64,000 nt of DNA from Candidatus Babeliales bacterium (GCA_020054235.1 JAGVLQ010000018.1:22421-86420), one strand, 5' to 3'. Shown: positions 9,601 through 16,973, counted from the stretch's first letter. The notes: generated from the sequence alone by a model not told the origin. Program-made: numbers and translations.

Positions 9601-10300
9601 AATTCTTACTAAAGATTATCGAAGTGTTCTTTTTAATGCCGCACAGAGCATTGCTAACCGCATTATTGAATCAGAAACCAAATTTGAATCAATAGAATAT
9701 ACCTATAAAACACTTGAAGACACTATTCAACAAGCAATGAATGCGAGCGATAAAAAAGTTTTTCTAAAACAAGATTTTAGTAAGTATTTACCGAACATCT
9801 CTAAATTAAGTTTTCAACTAATGCCAGAAATCTTAAATACAGAATTGCAAAAAAAATATCCAAACAAAACCGAAGATCTTGATGGTGATGAAATTAAACA
9901 TTTGCTCGATCTAACTCCAAACTCAGAACAGCTAAAGCAAAACTTCACCATCATTGATGACATTGAGGTAGCAAAACTTCAAGAAAATTTTGATAGCGCA
10001 GCAGAAAAATGGCACAATCATGATAACAGTATGCATATTTTCTTACTTGGAACCATGAGTCAAAATTATAGCACTGCAAGTGGCCACTGGTATATGGTTG
10101 CTACTCAAAAAATAAATGGTCAAAAAACAATTTTTACGGCCGATTCTTTAAATATTGATCGTACAAAGGATCCAAGGGTTCAAAAACTTATTGAAAAACT
10201 CAATGAAGAAGATAAAAACGATAAAAGAGAAATCAATAAAAAAGAGAAAAAAAGTGATGAAAAAGACAATGATTGGTGGAGAATTTTTTTAGGACTTTAA
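6680..10300 (+). CDS. secreted MutS-core/ABC-type ATPase fused to a C-terminal papain-fold cysteine peptidase (paralogue 2)
   Basis: Signal peptide MKKIIASLFIFYFSFATA|MDP. Walker A GSNANGKT (8654-8677) and Walker B LLINDEP. C-terminal QGLNSQCGYYSLRNGL (Cys codon 9362-9364) ... SGHWYMVA (His codon 10085-10087). The C-terminal third is about 90 percent nt-identical to paralogue 1 by eye. Confidence 0.75.
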   Translation: MKKIIASLFIFYFSFATAMDPEENFYYENFIETLDRMNNQIMGTLIKINTEIHHPYSLNDLQSMLKNAKKYKAFTEKYIKGDTVFNHLKHNDSDPKKSLYMKQKIKTLDETLLRLEICQKNLIEEQDHYDKGFLQSLLEAESNAQETLKKLDTAKNPYTLKDLLLILKQTQECIEFTTTYLKGESEFHSGKNPILTNPVKLTMKEKLPLLKNHYNTLLIKTESLNLETVKEFMKKALPDDLPRCQPEGFKELPYSAQFEWYVDGQLNLTNQDKRRLNRIFSLMAKVNIIPPFIDPLDDIIDPISLDELDIFASSGQDKKHSIMNNVDYTKLHIGRAVLGRHFLQIKKPENVQRLQKELVLLKKNAPQQSKPLYKLIRDELEQIKPLEDNFLSFYEEGYRFLGNFIERKEFKKFNFYNILNLNKKANNSPITVQIGQLWDFATPIMMLPISIGVTAASALSPTTSWMGLLGGSAFTYNSASGLPVVWSDLRLQVKALALFQRNLIGIVKFIEKLENFHQYLEKNNILPEIRKDLLIPTDTQEMKNLVELLKKDTFQGEESFFSHWGNILAAWRKMDENKDMFLKAYYTLGIIDFLTGLNELYDSQTANNPYCFGKFDKNENISIQAKGVWSPLLKQKEKAVLNDFIFGRPDHPKTGIITGSNANGKTFFMRALAGAALMVITLGIGPAQELSIPEMLNFLTSMNIADKPQNGLSLFAAVVERMAHIINTLKNNPDKNYLLINDEPFVGSSQTISTPSAATLIACVTNMKKVLALFTTHLDVTKLEQEFPKLIGNYHLNKYKINHGVDQNSEDYYAAPLKIFADSGLPEEFIKDFNQRLEKEKTKKNEKEEKKEPAKKSEKKPYTPEPTSPQEKPENKLETSYQHIPVIHQGLNSQCGYYSLRNGLIALKYGVTNQPIDTNDERFKASGNQQILETQTWDQLFPNWQQEIIKYRKKRALAAWIQEKIKPYIAEHDPILTKDYRSVLFNAAQSIANRIIESETKFESIEYTYKTLEDTIQQAMNASDKKVFLKQDFSKYLPNISKLSFQLMPEILNTELQKKYPNKTEDLDGDEIKHLLDLTPNSEQLKQNFTIIDDIEVAKLQENFDSAAEKWHNHDNSMHIFLLGTMSQNYSTASGHWYMVATQKINGQKTIFTADSLNIDRTKDPRVQKLIEKLNEEDKNDKREINKKEKKSDEKDNDWWRIFLGL

Positions 10301-10315
10301 TTTTAGGACTTTAAC

Positions 10316-10420
10316 ATGAAAAATATGATAATTATTGGAAGCGCTACCGAACTAACCCTAGGAATAGGTGGCCCTAATTTTGAATATGATGGAATACAAT
10401 GCAGGCCACGCCCCTGCTAA
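10316..10420 (+). CDS. lasso-peptide precursor A1
   Basis: MKNMIIIGSATELTL|GIGGPNFEYDGIQCRPRPC, with Thr -2, Gly1 and Glu8 (Asp10 also present). It starts 15 nt after the stop of 6680..10300. Confidence 0.75.
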   Translation: MKNMIIIGSATELTLGIGGPNFEYDGIQCRPRPC

Positions 10421-10435
10421 AATTAAAGGATTACT

Positions 10436-10540
10436 ATGAAAAATATAATAATTATTGGCAAAGCAACTGAACTTACCCTAGGCATTTGTGGCAACAGTCT
10501 AGAAATAGACCTATTGAACCAACTTAAAGAGAGGTCATAA
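10436..10540 (+). CDS. lasso-peptide precursor A2
   Basis: An AAAGGA RBS precedes MKNIIIIGKATELTL|GICGNSLEIDLLNQLKERS, with Thr -2, Gly1 and Glu8. Confidence 0.75.
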   Translation: MKNIIIIGKATELTLGICGNSLEIDLLNQLKERS

Positions 10541-10544
10541 TTTC

Positions 10545-10652
10545 ATGAAAAATATTATAATTATTGGAAACGCTTCTGAACTAACCCTAGGCCCACTCGG
10601 CATAGGCATAGAAATAAATACAAAAGGCGAGGTCAGACCGTGGGGTTGCTAA
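10545..10652 (+). CDS. lasso-peptide precursor A3
   Basis: A GAGAGG RBS precedes MKNIIIIGNASELTL|GPLGIGIEINTKGEVRPWGC, with Thr -2, Gly1 and Glu8. Confidence 0.75.
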   Translation: MKNIIIIGNASELTLGPLGIGIEINTKGEVRPWGC

Positions 10653-10679
10653 AAAAAAATAATTTAAATAAGGATTACT

Positions 10680-10790
10680 ATGAAAAATATAATTATTATT
10701 GGTAAAGCAACTACTTTAACGCTTGGATTCGTTGGAAACTGCATTGAATTCATAGGTCAAGGTTCTATGCCAAGCCCTATAGAATACTAA
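10680..10790 (+). CDS. lasso-peptide precursor A4
   Basis: A TAAGGA RBS precedes MKNIIIIGKATTLTL|GFVGNCIEFIGQGSMPSPIEY, with Thr -2, Gly1 and Glu8. Confidence 0.75.
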   Translation: MKNIIIIGKATTLTLGFVGNCIEFIGQGSMPSPIEY

Positions 10791-10832
10791 AGTATCTGAA
10801 GCGTAAGAACAATAAAATGGAGGTTTAATTTT

Positions 10833-11588
10833 ATGCATTATTTTTCACTCAATAAAAACGTATATGCAACGCAGTATGAAGATGCAATCATCATCTTAGA
10901 CGTTGAACGCGATAATTATTTAAGCCTTATTGATGATGCTGCAAAATATTTTAACCTCATTCTTTCAATTCCTTTTGAAAAAAGTAATGAAACTTATATT
11001 CCTGCCATCAAAGAAACACCGCAAAACGCTGAATCTTATAATACCTGGATTGCAGAATTTCTAGAGCAAGGGCTCATTATACCAACTAAAACAGCTTCAC
11101 AAAAAATTGTTAATCCAGCTGCGCAGGTTTCGGGCGGCTTGCGTGAATATAAATGGGATACCAAAAAAAATTGGAACCCAGAAAAAAATGCATCTTACGT
11201 TGCTATAGCAAAAGCTTGGTTTACCTTAATGAAAGTAAATAGAGCAATAAAAAAAGGTGGCATGAAAAAGCTTTTTACTTTAGTTGCACAAACAAAAAAC
11301 ATAAAGAAGGCTATTAAACCTTCGCAACAAGATCTTGAAAATATTAGTGCTGCAGTCGATGCTGCTACCAAACTTTCTTTCCAGAAGACCTATTGCCTTG
11401 GCTGGGCAACTGCCTTTGTAATAGAAGCACGCAAACGCGGTATTGATTGCAACCTAAAAATTGGCATTCAAACAAACCCATTTTATGCGCATGCCTGGGC
11501 AGAATTTGAAAATAAAGTGATTCACGATGATCAACAAGTAGCACAAGTACTAGCAACGATCGCAACACTTCCGAAAGAATGCTCATGA
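10833..11588 (+). CDS. lasso-peptide leader peptidase B (N-terminal PqqD-like RRE fused to a transglutaminase-like Cys protease)
   Basis: GGAGG RBS. The N-terminus AIIILDVERDNYLSLIDDAAKYF is PqqD/RRE-like. The C-terminus is YCLGWATAF...FYAHAWAEFENKVIHDD. Cys188 (11394-11396), His220 (11490-11492) and Asp232 are spaced 32 and 12 residues apart, as I recall for McjB. Confidence 0.8.
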   Translation: MHYFSLNKNVYATQYEDAIIILDVERDNYLSLIDDAAKYFNLILSIPFEKSNETYIPAIKETPQNAESYNTWIAEFLEQGLIIPTKTASQKIVNPAAQVSGGLREYKWDTKKNWNPEKNASYVAIAKAWFTLMKVNRAIKKGGMKKLFTLVAQTKNIKKAIKPSQQDLENISAAVDAATKLSFQKTYCLGWATAFVIEARKRGIDCNLKIGIQTNPFYAHAWAEFENKVIHDDQQVAQVLATIATLPKECS

Positions 11589-13318
11589 CTTTTTTTGTTG
11601 GTGGTTTTGGCAAAAAAGCAAACCAACTCATCAAAGATTTTTTTGATAAAAATGAGAACTTAAACAATGATACCATCACGGTTACGAGTAACGATAGTCT
11701 TTTTACTGCCAGAGCGCAGCATGATAACCAACGCGATGCTATTAAAGTTGGCGATGAAGGTTTATTGCGAGGAAAGTTATTTACTAAAGAAACCTACGCT
11801 CCAATACATACCTTTGAAAAAACAATAGAACCAACTATTCTTATGAATAACTATTGGGGTAGATATTCTGGTGCATTGTATAACGCAAAAACAAAAACCG
11901 TTTCATTGGTGCGTGATCCCCTAGGCCTTGAAACACTTTTCTATATGCCTTTTGAAGGCAACATGCTTTTTAGTACAAAATTATCATTATTAATTGATAT
12001 TCTTAAAACTAAACCCTCAATTGATTGGGATTACTTTGCTGAATATCTTTTAGAAAAAAATTATTTAATTCCTCAAACGCCTTTCAAAGGTGTTTCTGAA
12101 CTCTTACCCGGCATGCATTTGACCTATAATGCTGAAGGCAAACTTGACCAAACGTTTGAATGGCAGATTCCAACTGAAACAATAACTGATGAAAAAGCTA
12201 TTGAGGATTTAGTTTTTACTACGTTCAAAAAAAGTACTGAAGCTTGGCTTGGTAATAATAAAAAAATTACGTTACAACTTTCAGGTGGCGTTGATTCATC
12301 GTCTATTCTGTGCATGCTAAAACATATTAATCCTGAACTTTCTATACAAGCACTCCATTATAATGATAGTAAAAATGTTGCATCGCAAGAAATTGCTTAT
12401 GCACAAAAAATTGCTGATGAATGCCAAGTGTCTCTTACGCAAATGGACTTACAAGAAAGAAAACTCTTTGAGCCAGCACCCGCTGATTGGCGCCCAGATA
12501 AACCACATACTGGCATGACCGGCTCTCAATCAACGAAAAAAATAAAAGATTTTGCGCAGAATACCATGTTATTTTCTGGTCAGGGAGGTGACCATGTGTT
12601 TTTAGCACCACCACCACAAGAAAGTATCGCCGACTACTGGTTAGACAAAGGCTTATGGGGTATTTCTGGTATTATCAATGAATTGTGCAGTTTATTTCGC
12701 ACTTCATGGTTAGCTCTTGTAAAAACAAATGTAATAGCACTCAAAAATTATTATTTAGGGCAAGCAAAAAACAAGCATGATTATATTGAAGATCATCAAG
12801 GCATGCTATCACCAGCAATCTTAGAAAGAGTGGAGCAAAAACCATTTTACTTAGACTCTTATTTAAAAAATTTTTCACCCGGTAAAGCGCAACACATTAA
12901 AATGCTCTATCATGCTATTGCCTATGCAGATAAATTAGATGAAACGATGGTAACCTATCCATTATTGTCATTACCGGTGGTTGAGGCTGGATTAAAGATA
13001 CCTACCTACAAATCAATAAAGGACGGCTTTAATCGCTACTATTTGCGAAAAGCAGTCAGTAGAATAACCCCGACTCAAGTAATTTGGCGCCGTAATAAGG
13101 GTGAAGTTTCTGCTTCAATTTTACAAACAATGCGCAAAGAATTTACGCCACTTGTTGATCTTATTATGCAAGGATTACTGGTCAAAAATGGCATTGTCGA
13201 AAAAAAATGGATTGAAGACAGGCTCAATCAGGTACGCCATGGCAATCCACGAAATTTAATTGTTCTCTTCCGCATTATTGGCGCTGAGTTGTGGTTACAA
13301 CAATGGGGTATAAAATAA
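11579..13318 (+). CDS. lasso-peptide cyclase C (asparagine-synthetase-like lactam synthetase)
   Basis: 579 aa, overlapping B by 10 nt. PP-loop motif LQLSGGVDSSSIL (SGGVDSS = 12281-12301). The N-terminal part resembles an amidotransferase domain but lacks an N-terminal catalytic Cys. Confidence 0.8.
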   Translation: MLMTFFVGGFGKKANQLIKDFFDKNENLNNDTITVTSNDSLFTARAQHDNQRDAIKVGDEGLLRGKLFTKETYAPIHTFEKTIEPTILMNNYWGRYSGALYNAKTKTVSLVRDPLGLETLFYMPFEGNMLFSTKLSLLIDILKTKPSIDWDYFAEYLLEKNYLIPQTPFKGVSELLPGMHLTYNAEGKLDQTFEWQIPTETITDEKAIEDLVFTTFKKSTEAWLGNNKKITLQLSGGVDSSSILCMLKHINPELSIQALHYNDSKNVASQEIAYAQKIADECQVSLTQMDLQERKLFEPAPADWRPDKPHTGMTGSQSTKKIKDFAQNTMLFSGQGGDHVFLAPPPQESIADYWLDKGLWGISGIINELCSLFRTSWLALVKTNVIALKNYYLGQAKNKHDYIEDHQGMLSPAILERVEQKPFYLDSYLKNFSPGKAQHIKMLYHAIAYADKLDETMVTYPLLSLPVVEAGLKIPTYKSIKDGFNRYYLRKAVSRITPTQVIWRRNKGEVSASILQTMRKEFTPLVDLIMQGLLVKNGIVEKKWIEDRLNQVRHGNPRNLIVLFRIIGAELWLQQWGIK

Positions 13319-13379
13319 AGTACTTCATTTGAAAAGTAATTTTTATTCAACATAATTTTATATTTCTATAAAGGTTTCT

Positions 13380-14663
13380 ATGAATATTCTTTATATGGCA
13401 ATTTTCATTTTTTTTACAAATATTACTCAAGCTATGGAGATAGAAAAAATAGAACGAAAAGGAATTAATCCTCCGTCTCTAAAATTTTTAGCTGCAGTAA
13501 AAGTACCTAATAATGCTAATAAAAAAAAGTTACCACAAGAACTTATTGAATATCATAAAACTATTGAAAATATAATAAAAAATCCTACAAAAGCTCTATG
13601 TAAAACATTCAAAGAAAAAAAATATGATATAAGTGCATATTTAATAACTCATGGCGCTGATATTAATGAAAAAGAATCAGGAGAGATTATAATTAAGAGT
13701 ACTACAATTGATTTAGCTGCAATGCATGGAAATAGTGCCCTAGTAAAGCTATTACAAAATAATGGTGCCAAAATCTATAGAGAAGGTCATAGGAAAACGA
13801 GTGGTTTTTTTTCGATGTGGGAGCCTGCTACTTTGGTGCCACTAGATTATGCTATCTTTAATAGAAATAAGGAGACGGCTTATTATTTAATCCAAGAATT
13901 AACAAAAATTGAAAAACAAGAAGTACTTACAAATCGTTCATTTCGAGCTAATAGAGACTTTTCTAGTCTTGATTTAGCATCAACTTTAGAAGAAAAAGAT
14001 ATTGAAAAAGCAATTTGTGAAGTTACAGGTTTTTTACAACCAAAATTAATTCCATTAAATGAGGTACTTTATTATGGAATAGCTATTGGTGCAGTTAATT
14101 GTGTTAAAGAGTTAATTGAAAAACATCAAATAGATATCTCTACATTTAAAGTTAAAGCCTGGCCTCATAATCCATTAAGTCTTTCAGCTAGATATAATCA
14201 AATTGAAATGATGAATTTCTTAAAAGAAAATGGTACCGATATAAATGAATTAGAAATTTCAGGTGACTCTGCTTTACATTTTGCAGCATTAGAGGGAAAT
14301 AGTGATGCTACAAAGTGGTTGCTTGAAAATGGTGCAAATGTTGATCGTCATGATCAACATAAAGTTACACCTTTACTTGAAGCAGCCAATTATGGCAATA
14401 ATGATATTATTGAAATATTACTTCAACATGGTGCATCCATAGAATTTCAAGATCCTCAAGGATGTAGACCTTTACATCGTGCTGCTCAACGTGGAAATAC
14501 CGAATCAATTAAAATTTTATTGAAACATGGTGCTCAAATAAATCCTTGGGATAATTCTTACCTTACTCCTTTGTGGTATGCAGAAAATAATAGACACCCA
14601 GAAACTGCTGATTTTTTACGTAATTATAACAGCTCGTGGACTTCTTATTGCCAAATTGTATAG
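13380..14663 (+). CDS. ankyrin-repeat protein with signal peptide
   Basis: N-terminus MNILYMAIFIFFTNITQA|ME. The C-terminal half holds consecutive ankyrin repeats (GDSALHFAALEGNSDATKWLLENGANVD, KVTPLLEAANYGNNDIIEILLQHGASIE, GCRPLHRAAQRGNTESIKILLKHGAQIN). Confidence 0.8.
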   Translation: MNILYMAIFIFFTNITQAMEIEKIERKGINPPSLKFLAAVKVPNNANKKKLPQELIEYHKTIENIIKNPTKALCKTFKEKKYDISAYLITHGADINEKESGEIIIKSTTIDLAAMHGNSALVKLLQNNGAKIYREGHRKTSGFFSMWEPATLVPLDYAIFNRNKETAYYLIQELTKIEKQEVLTNRSFRANRDFSSLDLASTLEEKDIEKAICEVTGFLQPKLIPLNEVLYYGIAIGAVNCVKELIEKHQIDISTFKVKAWPHNPLSLSARYNQIEMMNFLKENGTDINELEISGDSALHFAALEGNSDATKWLLENGANVDRHDQHKVTPLLEAANYGNNDIIEILLQHGASIEFQDPQGCRPLHRAAQRGNTESIKILLKHGAQINPWDNSYLTPLWYAENNRHPETADFLRNYNSSWTSYCQIV

Positions 14664-14689
14664 AAGAAAGCACAAGAAAAGCAACACGG

Positions 14690-14851
14690 GCGCTTCTCCT
14701 CAATGAACAAAACGAGCTTTTACTCATGTGCATCGAAGACTTTGATATCAGCACTGTTGAAGAAAAATGAAACAAACGTTTTTTGTGCACACGTGGTAAC
14801 GGCATAGAAGCTGAAGAAATTGTTGAACAAACAGCATTACGAGAAATTTAT
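14690..14851 (+). pseudogene. NUDIX hydrolase relic
   Basis: One frame reads ALLLNEQNELLLMCIEDFDISTVEEK*NKRFLCTRGNGIEAEEIVEQTALREIY. The second part aligns position by position with the Nudix box GGxxExxExxxxxxxREUxEE. There is an in-frame TGA at 14768-14770 and no start codon, and the C-terminal half is replaced by the 3' end of the convergent trxB-like gene. Confidence 0.35.
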
Positions 14852-14865
14852 TTAGCTAGATTATT

Positions 14866-16362
14866 TTATGCCGCCATTGCTTTGCCAGCATTAACAAAAC
14901 GTAGCACAAATTCATGCAACTCCTTTTTGTCCATAGCCTGGGTATAACGACCGACCACTTGGCCTTTGTTAAAGACGAGCAATGCCGGAATAGATTTTAC
15001 ATTATATTTTTCAGCAATTTCCTTAGTAGACGGTACATCCATATCAACCTTGTAAAAGTTTACCTGCTTATCTAATTGATACGCTACTGATTCAACAACC
15101 GGCAACATGCGCATACAGCTCGGGCAATATTCTGCATAAAAATCAAGAATCACGGGCCCTTCTGCTTTATTCAAAATTTCATCGAGTTCTTGCTTTGAAT
15201 TAATCATGGTAATCGGTTTTGTCTGTTCATCGGGAACGACAAAAAAATTCTTTGCCAGTCTTTGTGCCATTTTAGGTGAATAACCAAGATCTTGTAATGC
15301 TGCTAACGCATCGAGTGCAGCTTTGATTCCATCACCGGCTGCAACACCCGCTTGTTTGTAATGATCATCCGCAACATCTCCGGCTGCATAAATAAATGGC
15401 ATAGATGTTTGTTGGGAACGACCATCCAGAAGGATATAGCCATTATCATCAATATTAACAAAATCTTGTACTAATTTGGTATTCGGATTATGCCCAATTG
15501 CCAAAAACACTCCTTGCACAGGCATTTTTGATGTTTCATGCGTTTGACTATTTTCAAGAATTACCTGCGTTACGTGGTCACCATCGCCCTGGATTTCTTT
15601 GACTATTTTATTGTATTCAATAGAAATGTTTGGATAATCTTTGAGGCGATCTTTCATAGAAGCGCTTGCACGCATTATGCCAGAACGTACTAAAATCGTA
15701 ATATTTTTTGCATAGGAAGCTAACTGCATTGCTTCTTCAGCTGCGGTGTCACCTCCACCAACAACAACGACATCAAAACCTTTTACAAACGGCGCATCAC
15801 ACACAGCGCACGTTGTCACCCCTTTGCCCCAGTATTCACGCTCACCAGGAACCCCAAGGGTACGTGGTGTTGAACCGGTTGCTACAATTATGGCCATGGC
15901 ACGAATCTTTTTGCCAGCATCAGTAATAATGGTATACGGCCATTTTGAGGTGTCTATTTTGGAAACGGTATCATTTAAAAATTCGGTACCAAACTGCTTA
16001 ACTTGTTCATGAAGCTCTTCCATTAATGTGGTCCCTAAAACTTTCATACGTCCCGGCCAATTTTCAATATAGCTGGTTTCTGTCAATGCTCCGCCTGGCT
16101 TATTGCCACGGATAACCAAGGTATTAACACCCCCGCGCGAAGCATAAAGCCCGGCACTTAATGCTGCAGGACCAGAGCCAATAATAACGACCGGCTTCAC
16201 ATCTTTTGCCTCAAAGGCATCTTCTATGTTTATTGAACACGTTCCGTGATCGCAACGCTCAGCATAGACCTTGGTAAAGCCTGCATATTTCAGGGTAAGC
16301 GCAGTGGTAATCAGAATGGAAGCCAGAAGGCTGGCACTAATAATTCTTTTTGTAATGTTCAT
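14866..16362 (-). CDS. trxB: thioredoxin reductase fused to a C-terminal thioredoxin domain, with N-terminal signal/anchor
   Basis: VVIIGSGPAALSAGLYA (FAD site), redox CAVC (15799-15810), VVVVGGGDTAAEEA (NADPH site), GDVAD. The C-terminal about 110 aa is thioredoxin fold with CPSC (15115-15126). The N-terminus is MNITKRIISASLLASILITTALTL. Confidence 0.8.
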   Translation of the reverse strand: MNITKRIISASLLASILITTALTLKYAGFTKVYAERCDHGTCSINIEDAFEAKDVKPVVIIGSGPAALSAGLYASRGGVNTLVIRGNKPGGALTETSYIENWPGRMKVLGTTLMEELHEQVKQFGTEFLNDTVSKIDTSKWPYTIITDAGKKIRAMAIIVATGSTPRTLGVPGEREYWGKGVTTCAVCDAPFVKGFDVVVVGGGDTAAEEAMQLASYAKNITILVRSGIMRASASMKDRLKDYPNISIEYNKIVKEIQGDGDHVTQVILENSQTHETSKMPVQGVFLAIGHNPNTKLVQDFVNIDDNGYILLDGRSQQTSMPFIYAAGDVADDHYKQAGVAAGDGIKAALDALAALQDLGYSPKMAQRLAKNFFVVPDEQTKPITMINSKQELDEILNKAEGPVILDFYAEYCPSCMRMLPVVESVAYQLDKQVNFYKVDMDVPSTKEIAEKYNVKSIPALLVFNKGQVVGRYTQAMDKKELHEFVLRFVNAGKAMAA

Positions 16363-16476
16363 TCGATACTCCTATATTAGGTTCAAAAGGGTAAAAAATG
16401 TCATATTGAGTGCTTTTAGCGTACCACTTCGCCGCCAAAAGAGCAAAGGCGCCTCCAGGAGCACTCATCGCTGGAT

Positions 16477-16504
16477 TTGACAAATAATGCCAAAAGCGTA
16501 CAAT
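16477..16504 (+). promoter_or_regulatory. sigma70-like promoter
   Basis: TTGACA (16477-16482), a 16-nt spacer, then TACAAT (16499-16504), about 60 nt upstream of the 16565 ORF. Confidence 0.4.
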
Positions 16505-16564
16505 TACTTGCACAAAGAGTCGTTGTATAATCTCAAAACTTATAGTTAAAAAGGATTTCCAGCT

Positions 16565-16921
16565 ATGAAAAAATCACTGAATTCATTCACTCTTGCAGCA
16601 GTTATTTTGGCAGCTTCAAGCAATATTGCAGCAAATGAATCTCGTGTAGATGCACCAACTAAAGCAAAAGAAACTTACTGCTATGTTAAAAAATCAATGA
16701 AAGCCGTTCTACCTTATATTATTGCAATTGTTAGTTATAAGTTTGTTGAAAAGTTCATAAAAGATAACATAACTGATGAAGGTTATCAGACTGGAGCAAA
16801 AGAAATCTATAAATGCTTTACAGGTATATGGCTCATGGATAAAATAAAAAATCACGCAAAATACTTTGATAAATTGATGGGCAACCCATTTGATTTTGAA
16901 GAAGAAAAAGCCGCTGCTTAA
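16565..16921 (+). CDS. hypothetical secreted/membrane protein
   Basis: 118-aa ORF with a signal peptide (FTLAAVILAASSNIAA), flanked by a promoter-like site and a terminator. Confidence 0.5.
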   Translation: MKKSLNSFTLAAVILAASSNIAANESRVDAPTKAKETYCYVKKSMKAVLPYIIAIVSYKFVEKFIKDNITDEGYQTGAKEIYKCFTGIWLMDKIKNHAKYFDKLMGNPFDFEEEKAAA

Positions 16922-16943
16922 TTCCATTCAATAAATTTACAAA

Positions 16944-16973
16944 AGGCCTCAAGAAATTCTTGGGGCCTTTTTG
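16944..16973 (+). terminator. rho-independent terminator
   Basis: The hairpin GGCCTCAAGA-AA-TTCTTGGGGCC is followed by TTTTT. Confidence 0.55.
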
